Source: an uncultured Candidatus Peregrinibacteria bacterium (GTDB lineage: Bacteria; Patescibacteriota; Gracilibacteria; UBA1369). Taken from it: a DNA stretch of 64,000 nucleotides. The stretch covers positions 2,759-66,758 of the forward strand of contig CALMAI010000002.1 in the NCBI GenBank assembly GCA_937858825.1, in the 5' to 3' direction. Positions 11,901 to 20,843 of this stretch are shown here, piece by piece (within the stretch, counting starts at the first letter, position 1; each line of letters opens with the position of its first letter). The position numbers and the translations under genes were made by a program. The notes under the pieces are model-generated. The model worked only from the letters and a program-made list of their open reading frames with translations, did not search any database and had not been told where the DNA came from.

Positions 11901-12834
11901 CCGGTCCCATGATTTCGTCGGCAAACAGATCTTTAATCTCTTTGTCTGTTGAATATCCGAATACACGGAGAAGGGAAGTGATTGGAATTTTTCGTTTTCG
12001 GTCGATCTTTACGGTGATGATCCCTTTCTTATCGGTTTCAACTTCCAACCATGCACCACGCTTTGGAATAATTTTTGCGTTGTGCATTCCTGGCGCAGCG
12101 GCGTTGGTAGAGAAGAAAACACCTGGTGATCGCACCAATTGGCTGACGACAACTCTTTCAATACCGTTAATAATGAAGGTTCCACGTGTGGTCATGAGTG
12201 GGATTCCTCCAAGGAAAACGTCCTGTTCTTTAATTTCTCCAGACTCTTTATTAATAAGTTGTACGTGAACCTTGAGTGGTGATTCGTAGGTAAGGTTCTT
12301 CATTTTGCAGGTTTCTGCGTCGTATTTTGGTTCTCCAATTGAGTGTTCCAAAAAGTGGAGTTCCAGCTTCTTGCCAGAGAAGTCCTGAATTGGGGTAATT
12401 TCGTCCAAAAGATCCCGGATTCCATCTTGCAGGAACCATCGGTATGAGTCGATTTGCACTTCAATAAGATTTGGAAGCGGTACTTTCTTGTCGATTCGTT
12501 CAGAGAAAAATTTTCGTTCGCTTTCTTCTTTAATATAGGCTTCGATTTTCGGGAGAAGTGTGTTTACTTCGTCCAGTACGCTCTGTGAAGCTTTTTGCTT
12601 TGAAAGTGTTTTGAGTTTCTTGGTTGTTTTTACTTCAGACACGCTTGAAGAGGCCTTCGTGGATTTGGTTGTTTTGGAAGGAGCTTTTTTAATTGCTCGC
12701 TTTTCGGTTGTTTTGGAAGGAGCCTTTTTAATGGCCCGTTTTGTTGTTTTTTTTGCAGCAGAAGGCTTTGCCGCTTTTTTTGCTGTAGGAGCTTTATTGC
12801 TCTTAGCTGATGCGGCAGTTTTTTTCTTTGGCAT
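8956..12834 (-). CDS. rpoB: DNA-directed RNA polymerase subunit beta, with basic N-terminal and acidic C-terminal extensions
   Basis: 1292 aa with canonical RpoB blocks (e.g. [19 protein letters not shown]-like [53 protein letters not shown]). About 95 aa of K/A/P/T-rich sequence precede the conserved core. About 90 aa of E/D-rich sequence follow it. Confidence 0.98.
   Translation of the reverse strand: [1292 protein letters not shown]
12667..12744 (-). repeat. 39-nt tandem duplication inside the rpoB 5' extension
   Basis: 12667-12705 and 12706-12744 match at 33 of 39 positions by hand alignment. They encode [13 protein letters not shown] / [13 protein letters not shown]. Confidence 0.8.
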
Positions 12835-12993
12835 AGATAAAAACGTGAAATAATAGCTGAGGGAAACGCCATTCTGAGGCGTTCACAGGACTATCTTCCA
12901 CAACACAATCGGTATACCTTATTATAGGTAATCAGTCTGATAGCTGGGCAAATTCTATAGAATTTTGCGGCTTTGTCAAATGAATTTTCATTC

Positions 12994-13581
12994 TTATTTT
13001 GTTTTGTTTGTACTGTTTTTTTCTTTTTTCGCAATTTTCATTGTTTTGTCGAAAAGATACTCAACCGTGGTAAGAATATCTTTGGCGGTCTTAGAATCAG
13101 GATCAACCAAAATATGGTGAAGTGCTTCCTCTTCATCTGTAAAGAATTTTATATTTATCCCATTAACCAGATTTGCTTTTCGTTGAAGGAATAAAAAACT
13201 GTCGGTAACCAGCTTGGTTGTGATGCTTGAGTTTGGGTTCAATATTGCCATGCGGTATGTTTCTGGAATTGTTTTTTGTTTCATTTTTTCCATGAACTTT
13301 TTCGCTTGGTCTTTATTGGGGGCTTTATTCCTGGGAATCCAGACAAGACATTGGCTACAGTTCATATTGCTAATACTGTGAAAGATGAAATCTATGGATT
13401 TATCCCAGTCGGGATCAGTAGGGTGTTGATCGATATGCGAAAAAACCATGATTGGGGAAGACTTGGTTTTTATCAGGGCGGAAGAGAGCGAAGGTGTGAT
13501 AACCATGTCCAGAATGGGAATGGTCTGTCGCTCAATAGAAGTTTTTAACCGAGAGAAGGGGCTGCGAAATTGATCTTCCAT
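12994..13581 (-). CDS. hypothetical protein (possibly SpoIIAA/STAS-like)
   Basis: 195-aa ORF. The only hint is a C-terminal ...INIKFFTDEEEALHHIL pattern reminiscent of SpoIIAA-like (DUF3478) proteins. This is weak. Confidence 0.4.
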   Translation of the reverse strand: MEDQFRSPFSRLKTSIERQTIPILDMVITPSLSSALIKTKSSPIMVFSHIDQHPTDPDWDKSIDFIFHSISNMNCSQCLVWIPRNKAPNKDQAKKFMEKMKQKTIPETYRMAILNPNSSITTKLVTDSFLFLQRKANLVNGINIKFFTDEEEALHHILVDPDSKTAKDILTTVEYLFDKTMKIAKKEKNSTNKTK

Positions 13582-13625
13582 ATGACTATTACATGATATT
13601 TTTTTGGAAAAATCAAATTTAAACT

Positions 13626-14897
13626 CTATTCCGAAAGCGCTTCCAGAGGTTTAAGGTGCGCGGCCCTGGCTGCCGGAATGAAGGCGAAGACTGTGGAGAG
13701 GATGATTGCAAAAATGATAATGCCGATGATTGTTGGGAGGTCGTAAACAAGGAGGGTTTCGGGTTTGCTGGATACATCGGGGAAGGATGCCAGGGCAATA
13801 GCATCGACGGCGAAGCCCACAATGTAGCCAATGATTGTTCCGCTGACTCCGCCAATTAAGCCAAGGAGGGCGGCTTCGGTGAGGAAGATTTTTTGGATGT
13901 GTCCGCGGGTGGCACCGACGGCGCGTAAAATGCCAATCTCCTCTTTGCGTTCGTTCACGGCAGAAAGGAAAGTGTTGGCGATCGTTAATCCACTTACAAA
14001 AAGGATCATCAGGCTGATCATGCTGAGTCCAACGGTAATAATGCGGAAGTTTTGTTCAAAGATCTGGATCTCTTCCTGAGCGGAAGAGGTGATGTATCCT
14101 AATGATTCAATGTCTTCTGCAACGGCCGGAACATTGCTTTCTTTATCCACCTCCAAAAAGATTTTTGGATACTTTTCTTCGTAGTCGGGATTGGCCTCTT
14201 TGTTGAGCTGGCGGACGATATCAATAGGAAGGGTTATGCCAACAAGATCCACTTTTGTGGAAAACCCGGCGATGCGTGCTTTGCGGGAAGGTCCCTCGGA
14301 ACCGAGTTGTGGAAAGAATGTGGATTGCCCAGGCAGGACAATGAATTCGATGCCGGAAATATCTTCTTCTTTAAAGGAGGGGAGGCTGTTGGTTGGGGCG
14401 ACAGTGACGTTGTAGAGATCGATGATGCGGCGACTGATGATGGCCGGGTATGGTTCTTCTGACTCGTTAGCTATGAGTTCCGGACGGATAATGTCTTCTT
14501 CTAAAAGTTCAAATGGGAGGCCGAAGATCATGGAGTCGGTCTGGAATGATTGACCCAGGAGTGTGACGCGCAATGATGAGAGGTTTTCATAATTGATTTG
14601 TGGATATGTGGCTTCTACATGGTTGATTTGTGCCAGTTTTTCCAGATCTTCCGGCTTGAGACTGTTTTCTGAAAGTTGCGTGAAGCTGCGGAGAAATCCT
14701 GCTTCGCCTGCTTTTGGCTGGACGGTGAGTTGAGTGAGGGATCCTTTGCTGGTGATGGATTCGATGACAGCAATTCGAAGCCCATTACTAAATGCCAAAA
14801 TCCCCAAAAGGGAAGCGGTTCCAATGGCAACACCTATCGTGGTGAGAATGGTGCGTCCTTTTTGGGCGAGTAGATTTTTTTTAGCGAGAAGGAACAT
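13626..14897 (-). CDS. ABC transporter permease, MacB/FtsX family
   Basis: N-terminal TM helix, then a large extracytoplasmic domain, then a C-terminal FtsX module (ISLMILFVSGLTIANTFLSAVNERKEEIGILRAVGATRGHI...). Lies directly downstream of a LolD/MacB-type ATPase. Confidence 0.85.
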   Translation of the reverse strand: MFLLAKKNLLAQKGRTILTTIGVAIGTASLLGILAFSNGLRIAVIESITSKGSLTQLTVQPKAGEAGFLRSFTQLSENSLKPEDLEKLAQINHVEATYPQINYENLSSLRVTLLGQSFQTDSMIFGLPFELLEEDIIRPELIANESEEPYPAIISRRIIDLYNVTVAPTNSLPSFKEEDISGIEFIVLPGQSTFFPQLGSEGPSRKARIAGFSTKVDLVGITLPIDIVRQLNKEANPDYEEKYPKIFLEVDKESNVPAVAEDIESLGYITSSAQEEIQIFEQNFRIITVGLSMISLMILFVSGLTIANTFLSAVNERKEEIGILRAVGATRGHIQKIFLTEAALLGLIGGVSGTIIGYIVGFAVDAIALASFPDVSSKPETLLVYDLPTIIGIIIFAIILSTVFAFIPAARAAHLKPLEALSE

Positions 14898-14898
14898 G

Positions 14899-15648
14899 TT
14901 AGTTCATGAATTTTTTGAAGTTGTTTTCCTTTTTTAGGATGCCGTCTTTGATCTCTACAATGCGGTCGGCGTGTTTGGCGATGTTTTGATCGTGGGTTAC
15001 GACAATCAAAGTGATGCCCTCTTCTTTGTGAATTTTTTTGAGAAGATCGATAATGTTTTTCCCGGTGAGGGAGTCCAGGTTGCCGGTTGGTTCGTCGGCG
15101 ATGATAATATCCGGCTTGTTGATAAGAGCGCGTGCAATGGCGACGCGCTGTCTTTGGCCGCCGGAAAGTTCGGTTGGTTTATGGTGGAGACGGTTGGCCA
15201 GATCTACCTTTTTGAGCATGGCCTGGGGTTGGCGATCGATTTTTCCTTTAAAAAAAAGTTGTGGTATTCCCACATTTTCTTCGGCGGTCAGGTGTGCCTG
15301 GAGTTTGAAGTCCTGGAAAATGTATCCGATCTTTTTGCTGCGATAGGCCGAAAGTTTTTTGTCGTTCTGTTTGCCCAAGTCTAATCCATCCACTTCAATG
15401 GTTCCTTCGGTTGGGGTATCTAATCCGCCAATCATATGGAGGAGTGTGGATTTTCCGGATCCGGACGGACCAACAATTGCTAAAAATTCACCCTCTTCGA
15501 TTTCGAGGGAGATGTTCTGTAACGCGTGTACCAGCTCAGTTCCTATCTGATAGGACTTGGAAACATTACTGAGCTTGATTTTGGTCATTTGCCGCCGGAG
15601 TTGTTTCTGAAGCTGAAGCGCCTTCTTCTGGGTCTGCATCTTCGGCAC
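14899..15648 (-). CDS. ABC transporter ATP-binding protein (MacB/LolD type)
   Basis: Walker [10 protein letters not shown], signature [14 protein letters not shown], Walker [14 protein letters not shown]-loop VTHD. The true start is probably MTKIKLSNV at about 15588. The listed 5' end overlaps the upstream gene. Confidence 0.9.
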   Translation of the reverse strand: MPKMQTQKKALQLQKQLRRQMTKIKLSNVSKSYQIGTELVHALQNISLEIEEGEFLAIVGPSGSGKSTLLHMIGGLDTPTEGTIEVDGLDLGKQNDKKLSAYRSKKIGYIFQDFKLQAHLTAEENVGIPQLFFKGKIDRQPQAMLKKVDLANRLHHKPTELSGGQRQRVAIARALINKPDIIIADEPTGNLDSLTGKNIIDLLKKIHKEEGITLIVVTHDQNIAKHADRIVEIKDGILKKENNFKKFMN

Positions 15649-16405
15649 TCTTCATGATCTTAACATTTGTAAAGTAGGTATCATAGAAGAGTTTTTGTTC
15701 AGCAAGGGACTTCATGAGTTTCTCGTCGTCGCCGGCATGAAGGAATTTTCCGTTAACCTTTAAGGAGATGACTCCAGGGAATTGATCCTGTTTGAGTTTT
15801 GTTAAAAAGCTTTCCAGCGGAATAACTCCTTTTTCTGGTGGCGCGTATGGTGTTCCGGCCCGAAGGTTGGAAAGGTGTACGTGTACCAGGTATTTTTTGA
15901 GTGTGTTGTAAACGCGAATGATATCCTCTTTGCGTTTTCCAAGTCGTGCGGTGTCGATGCAGGCATGTTTGAACTTCTTTAAATCGAGGATGTTGCCCAT
16001 TGCATGTTCGGGAATGATTCCGAAAAATGATTTTGAAGGAGCGTTCTCCAGCGCGATTGAAAGGTTTTCTTTCTGCCGCATTTTTGGAATCTCGTTCTTC
16101 ATCCAGCTAATGAATTTGTAGTCAAAAAACTTTGGTGGCTGGACGACCACAATGCGGGCACCGGTCTTTTTTGCAATATCAACAGCCATTTTAATGTTGC
16201 GGGCGTTGGAATGAATCGGTGCGGAAACAGACAGAACCGGAATTCCGACCTGTTCAGAAAGTGCAGCGATGTAAGTGGCATTCATGGTATCGAAATTTCG
16301 TGGATCCATGGCCAAATCTACGCCATCAAATCCAGCATCTTTTATGATTTGGAAGATGCGGTTGAGACCATATCCACGCAATGAATCTGTTGAAAGTGCA
16401 AGCAT
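15566..16405 (-). CDS. sugar phosphate isomerase/epimerase (xylose isomerase-like TIM barrel)
   Basis: Family-typical pattern: FQIIKDAGFDGVDLAM ... IVVVQPP ... ALEN ... HVHLSN. Confidence 0.65.
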   Translation of the reverse strand: MLALSTDSLRGYGLNRIFQIIKDAGFDGVDLAMDPRNFDTMNATYIAALSEQVGIPVLSVSAPIHSNARNIKMAVDIAKKTGARIVVVQPPKFFDYKFISWMKNEIPKMRQKENLSIALENAPSKSFFGIIPEHAMGNILDLKKFKHACIDTARLGKRKEDIIRVYNTLKKYLVHVHLSNLRAGTPYAPPEKGVIPLESFLTKLKQDQFPGVISLKVNGKFLHAGDDEKLMKSLAEQKLFYDTYFTNVKIMKSAEDADPEEGASASETTPAANDQNQAQ

Positions 16406-16441
16406 GATTTTTGTTTTAAACTCCCTCTATTGTAGCATAAT

Positions 16442-17617
16442 TTGGAGGGTAATGGAAGGCGTCACTTGTGCTCCAAAAAGGTTTTGGCTAGGATGGTTCT
16501 GGTTTTAACTCTTGCTATGCAAAACGCACCGACATTTCAGAAATCACCGCTTGGTCCGCGTCGGAATATGGTTAATTTGGATGATTGGCCAAAGGTGATG
16601 CAGATTTTTCAGGAAGGACGCTATCGGGATACTTTTATGGCTATCCTGAACTATATTAATGCCGAACAGGTGAAGAAATATGGGAATGAGGATCAGACTC
16701 ATTTTGAGTTTCGGCATGGATCGACTGTTCTTTCTGTGGATGTGAATGATAAAGATTATACGATTCGGGCGCCGTTTTTGAAGTTGGCGGGGGACAAGTT
16801 GGTTCCTTTTTTGCGTCAGATAACAGAATTGAACTTTAATACTTTGGTTTTACCTCGATTGGTACTGGAGGATGACGTTTTGACTTTCCGTTTTGCGTCA
16901 CCGATTGATGGAAGCTTTCCATATAAGGTTTACGATCTTTTTAAGAATATTTGTCATACCGCCGATAATTTTGACGACTTTTTTATTGATAAATTTGGAG
17001 TGGAACATGCTCAGGAGTTGAAAGTGGAACACTATACCGATGCCGAAGTTGATGCTTTTTATGAGCAGTTTCAATCGATTTTGAAAGAGGCGATGGAGTT
17101 TGTAAACTACTTTGAAGGACGACGGCTCTACACTTTTGGGAAAGAGATTTTGATTTTAGAACTGCAGAAACTGGACTATTCTCTTCGACCACAAGGGTTT
17201 TTGAAAGGGGAGATTGAGAAGGTTATTAAAGGTCTAAAGGCTCAGGCTCCGGATGATCAGAAGTTGATGGATCAGAAGCCGGAAGTGGTGAAATTGCAAG
17301 AAATGCCAAAGGAGAAGTTTGCGCAATCGATGTATAAAGTAGAGGTTTTTGTGCCGGAAGGTGGAAAGATGGATGTGATGGGTGTGAAGAACTACTTTAA
17401 GAAAACTGTGGAGGATGCGGAAAAAGATCTGGAACGACGTGCGTATGAAGGAGCATATTTAATTTTGGCGGGAGATATTTACTCACTTCTTTTCTATAAC
17501 GATCTGCCGGAAGACATGTATAAGATGTTGGTGGAACTTTTGGAAGCGGCCAGTGGAAAGTCATGGGCTGAAGCGGATACTGTTCTTTTGGAGGGACTAC
17601 AAAATTTGATGAAATAA
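16442..17617 (+). CDS. hypothetical protein with YbjN-like (T3SS-chaperone-like) N-terminal region
   Basis: The segment HGSTVLSVDVNDKDYTIRAPFLKLAGDKLVPFLRQITELNFNTLVLPRLVLEDDVLTF resembles YbjN-family sensory-regulator folds. The listed start is a non-ATG codon, and the ATG at 16517 is a more likely start. Confidence 0.45.
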   Translation: MEGNGRRHLCSKKVLARMVLVLTLAMQNAPTFQKSPLGPRRNMVNLDDWPKVMQIFQEGRYRDTFMAILNYINAEQVKKYGNEDQTHFEFRHGSTVLSVDVNDKDYTIRAPFLKLAGDKLVPFLRQITELNFNTLVLPRLVLEDDVLTFRFASPIDGSFPYKVYDLFKNICHTADNFDDFFIDKFGVEHAQELKVEHYTDAEVDAFYEQFQSILKEAMEFVNYFEGRRLYTFGKEILILELQKLDYSLRPQGFLKGEIEKVIKGLKAQAPDDQKLMDQKPEVVKLQEMPKEKFAQSMYKVEVFVPEGGKMDVMGVKNYFKKTVEDAEKDLERRAYEGAYLILAGDIYSLLFYNDLPEDMYKMLVELLEAASGKSWAEADTVLLEGLQNLMK

Positions 17618-17627
17618 CTCCTTAATA

Positions 17628-18698
17628 ATGAATCAAGACATTTCAAAAGCGATTGTGCGCGTTGCTACTGCAGCGGGAACTGGTAGTGGTTTTTATTTGA
17701 AGGAAAAGGATGTAGTGGTCACAAATCACCATGTGGTGGGAACGAGCCGGGAGGTTTCTTTGGAAACACAATCAAAGGATCGGATTACTGCTCGTGTGAT
17801 TTTTGTGAATCCGGTTGATGATATTGCTTTGTTGCAGCCGAATGGAAAGCTTGATGCTCCGGAATTGCAGTTGGCGATGGATGACAATGTGCAGAATTCA
17901 CAGAAGGTTTCGGTGTTGGGATTTCCTTTTGGTATGCCGTTTACGGTGACAGAGGGGATTGTTTCGTCTCCAAACCAATTGATGAATGGCCGCAAGTATA
18001 TTCAGACCGATGCGGCGGTGAATCCAGGGAATAGTGGTGGGCCGCTTGTGAATGAGGAAGGCCAGATTATCGGTATTACAACGGCGAAATTTCAATCAGC
18101 GGATAATGTGGGATTTGCGGTTCCGGTTCGGGACCTGCTTGATGACTTGCAGTCTTTGGATGAGAATACGGAACGGAAATTTTCGGCGAAATGTCCTTCT
18201 TGTGATGCCGTTCTTTTTGAGAAAGTGGACTACTGTCCAAACTGTGGAGATGATCTACAGAATGAAAAGATCTTTGAAGAGGAAAAGATGAATCCGCTTG
18301 CAGAGTTTGTGGAAGAGGCTTTGAAAGAGCAGGGAATTGATCCAATTACAGCCCGGAATGGGTTTAATTTCTGGGAGTTCCATCAGGGAAGCGCGTTGAT
18401 TCGTGTGTTTGTGTATCAGAACAACTATTTGTATGCGACTTCACCTCTGGCCAAGCTGCCAAAGCAGAATTTGGAGGAGTTTTATCGTTATATCTTGAGT
18501 GATTCAGAATATCCGTATCGGTATGGAATCGATAAAAATCTGGTCTATGTTTCGTTTAGAACAGATATGGAGGATATTCGCGGGCCGCGAAAACAGGATA
18601 TTCAAAAATTGATTGCCGGTCTGGCAGCGAAAGCTGATGAGCTGGATGGTATGTTGCAGGAAAAATTTGGCTGTGAGCCAAGTGATTTTGCGAAGTAA
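17628..18698 (+). CDS. cytoplasmic trypsin-like (S1C) serine protease fused to a zinc ribbon and a YbjN-like C-terminal domain
   Basis: Catalytic triad context: TNHHVV (His), DDIALLQ (Asp), GNSGGPLVN (Ser). No signal peptide and no PDZ domain. Followed by CPSCDAVLFEKVDYCPNCG (CxxC-N10-CxxC). The C-terminal segment ALIRVFVYQNNYLYATSPLAKLPKQNLEEFYRYIL...LVYVSFR is YbjN-like. Confidence 0.8.
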   Translation: MNQDISKAIVRVATAAGTGSGFYLKEKDVVVTNHHVVGTSREVSLETQSKDRITARVIFVNPVDDIALLQPNGKLDAPELQLAMDDNVQNSQKVSVLGFPFGMPFTVTEGIVSSPNQLMNGRKYIQTDAAVNPGNSGGPLVNEEGQIIGITTAKFQSADNVGFAVPVRDLLDDLQSLDENTERKFSAKCPSCDAVLFEKVDYCPNCGDDLQNEKIFEEEKMNPLAEFVEEALKEQGIDPITARNGFNFWEFHQGSALIRVFVYQNNYLYATSPLAKLPKQNLEEFYRYILSDSEYPYRYGIDKNLVYVSFRTDMEDIRGPRKQDIQKLIAGLAAKADELDGMLQEKFGCEPSDFAK

Positions 18699-18707
18699 TC
18701 CAACTTA

Positions 18708-19964
18708 TTATCCTATCTTTTCCTGATTGCCCATGAATGGGCGGAGGACTTCTGGAATCAGAATTGATCCGTCGGCTTGTTGGTTGTTTTCGATAATGGC
18801 GACAATGGTGCGGCCAATAGCGGTGGCTGTTCCGTTGAGGGTGTGGGCAAACTTTTTGCCGTCAACGTCCTGGAAGCGGATTTTGGCGCGGCGTGCCTGG
18901 AAGTCGGTGCAGTTTGATGTACTGGTGAGTTCTCGGAATTTGTTTTGAGATGGGATCCAGACTTCGATGTCGTATTTTTTTGCAGCAGGTGCGCCCAGGT
19001 CTCCGCCACAAATGTTGATGACCTGATAGTGGAAGCCGAGCTCCTGCATGATCTCTTCTTCGATTGAGAGGAGGAGTTCGTGTTCTTCTTCTGATTTGCT
19101 TGGGTGGCAGTAGCTGAACATTTCGATTTTGTCGAACTGGTGCACGCGGATGATTCCCTGAGTGTCTTTTCCGTAGCTTCCGGCTTCACGGCGGAAACAG
19201 CTAGAGAAAGCGAAGTATCGCATTGGGAATTTGTCTGCCTGAAGGATTTCGTTGGCGTGGAGCATGGTTAGTGGGACTTCTGATGTTCCAACAAGGTAGA
19301 GGTCGTCTTCGTCGGCGTTGACTGAGTAGATTTCGTTGCGGTCGGCCGGGAAGAAACCAGTGGCTTCCATAGCGTGTTCGCGTACGAGAACCGGTGGGAC
19401 AATTGGTGTGAATCCTTTTGACCGGAGTTTTTGCGCCACGAACTGGATGAGTGCGAATTCGAGCATGGCGGCTTCGTTTTTGAGGTATGCGAAGCGGGTT
19501 CCAGACATTTCTACGGCTTTTTGGAATTCGATGATGTCGTGTTTTTCTCCCAGTTGTACGTGGTCGAGTGGCTCGAAGTCGAATTGTGGTTTTTCTCCAA
19601 CTGTGCGGTCCGGAGTGTTGTCTTCTTCTCCTTTGCCTTCTGGAACTGAAGGGAGTGGGGGATTTGGGACTTCCAAAAGGAGTTCGTTGAGCTGTTTTTC
19701 CAGGTCCTGAAGTTTTGGTTCAGCTTCCTGGAGCTGCTCTTTCAGTTTTTTTGATTGTTCCAAGAGCGGCGCTTTGTCTTCGGCTTGCGGGATCTGTTTG
19801 GCCAGGCTGTTTTGTTCTGCTTTCAGCTCGTCGGTGGATGCGATGAGGCTGCGCCGCTCCTCATCCATCTTTAATAATGCATCAATGTCACCTTTGTAGT
19901 GTTTTTTTGCCAAGGCTTTTTTGACCTCTTCAACGTTTTCGGCCAGGTATTTAAGATCGATCAT
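18708..19964 (-). CDS. serS: seryl-tRNA synthetase
   Basis: N-terminal coiled-coil arm plus class II core (FRREAGSYGKDTQGIIRVHQFDKIEMF, TSNCTDFQARR, GTATAIGRTIVAIIEN). Confidence 0.95.
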   Translation of the reverse strand: MIDLKYLAENVEEVKKALAKKHYKGDIDALLKMDEERRSLIASTDELKAEQNSLAKQIPQAEDKAPLLEQSKKLKEQLQEAEPKLQDLEKQLNELLLEVPNPPLPSVPEGKGEEDNTPDRTVGEKPQFDFEPLDHVQLGEKHDIIEFQKAVEMSGTRFAYLKNEAAMLEFALIQFVAQKLRSKGFTPIVPPVLVREHAMEATGFFPADRNEIYSVNADEDDLYLVGTSEVPLTMLHANEILQADKFPMRYFAFSSCFRREAGSYGKDTQGIIRVHQFDKIEMFSYCHPSKSEEEHELLLSIEEEIMQELGFHYQVINICGGDLGAPAAKKYDIEVWIPSQNKFRELTSTSNCTDFQARRAKIRFQDVDGKKFAHTLNGTATAIGRTIVAIIENNQQADGSILIPEVLRPFMGNQEKIG

Positions 19965-20021
19965 GAGAAAAAATTACGTTTGCGCCCACGCATTATGCCA
20001 TAAAAAGGGGGCAAAGAAATA

Positions 20022-20843
20022 TTATTCTTGAGGTGGTCGGCGACTGGAAGGTGGAGAATAACTTTCCTGAAGCGAATAAATGAGTTCATTTAGGTAATCT
20101 CCGTGGCCGTGGCTTTGGGCGTAGTTTTCACAGATGGCCAGGATCCGTTCCAGTCCGGGATGTTCTTTTGCATACTTTTTGAGGTCTTCGTATGATCTTA
20201 GTTCTGCCAAAATTTCTCGAAAATCGGAATCGTCAAGGTGTCCAATTTCTGGAATAATTGCTATTCGTAAATCTTTTAAGAGATGATGCGTTTCTGCGTG
20301 TGCTTTGATTTCCCAGAGTGTGAATGGGGCTATTTGAAGGTTGGAACTGCTTGAGTGTGTGAGGCGTGCTTTTTCGAGGGCACTTCTTACCGCGCGGATG
20401 AAAACTGGTGAGTTTGTAACGATACTTTCTCCGTAAGTCATGTTAATAACGCGCCGAAAGGCTACTGCCAGCGGATTTATTTCCATAACAATGTCATGGT
20501 ATGTGGTGATTTGTCTTAATTGAACCACTGCACCGGAGTGGTTGATTTTTTTGCTTTGATCTCTGATGTTGCGGAGCGCTGTTATCGTTTTTTTAAAAAG
20601 TTTGGCCAGCTTTTCGGCTTGTTCTTCAACCTCTTTATCGATTCCTTCAATTAATGGTCGAACCGCTGGAGTTGAAGGCGGAGAAGGTTCGACTACGTGG
20701 ATTGAAGGCATTTGGAGTGTGGCCTTTTTTGAAGGTTTTCCTGAAGAAGCCATGCTATGGGGTGAGTGATTCTTGACATATGCTACATCAGTTTTATTGT
20801 TTCGGGCAATGAAAGTTTGGCTTCTACTCTTAGAGAAATGCAT
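20022..20843 (-). CDS. hypothetical protein
   Basis: 273-aa ORF with a 14-nt overlap with the upstream 498-aa ORF. No recognisable motif, no TM segment, no signal peptide. Confidence 0.5.
   Translation of the reverse strand: MHFSKSRSQTFIARNNKTDVAYVKNHSPHSMASSGKPSKKATLQMPSIHVVEPSPPSTPAVRPLIEGIDKEVEEQAEKLAKLFKKTITALRNIRDQSKKINHSGAVVQLRQITTYHDIVMEINPLAVAFRRVINMTYGESIVTNSPVFIRAVRSALEKARLTHSSSSNLQIAPFTLWEIKAHAETHHLLKDLRIAIIPEIGHLDDSDFREILAELRSYEDLKKYAKEHPGLERILAICENYAQSHGHGDYLNELIYSLQESYSPPSSRRPPQE

Noticed and set aside
4427-12872. Many 60-145-aa ORFs on both strands inside rpoC, ssb and rpoB
   Set aside because: All of them overlap full-length, unmistakable housekeeping genes in other frames or on the opposite strand, and they have biased, motif-free translations.
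12835-12993. Possible tRNA or small RNA in the rpoB upstream region (hairpin aacgcc-N7-ggcgtt)
   Set aside because: Only a single short hairpin is present. I could find no cloverleaf arms or conserved T-loop/anticodon features. It is more likely a leader or terminator-like structure, and I could not support a call.
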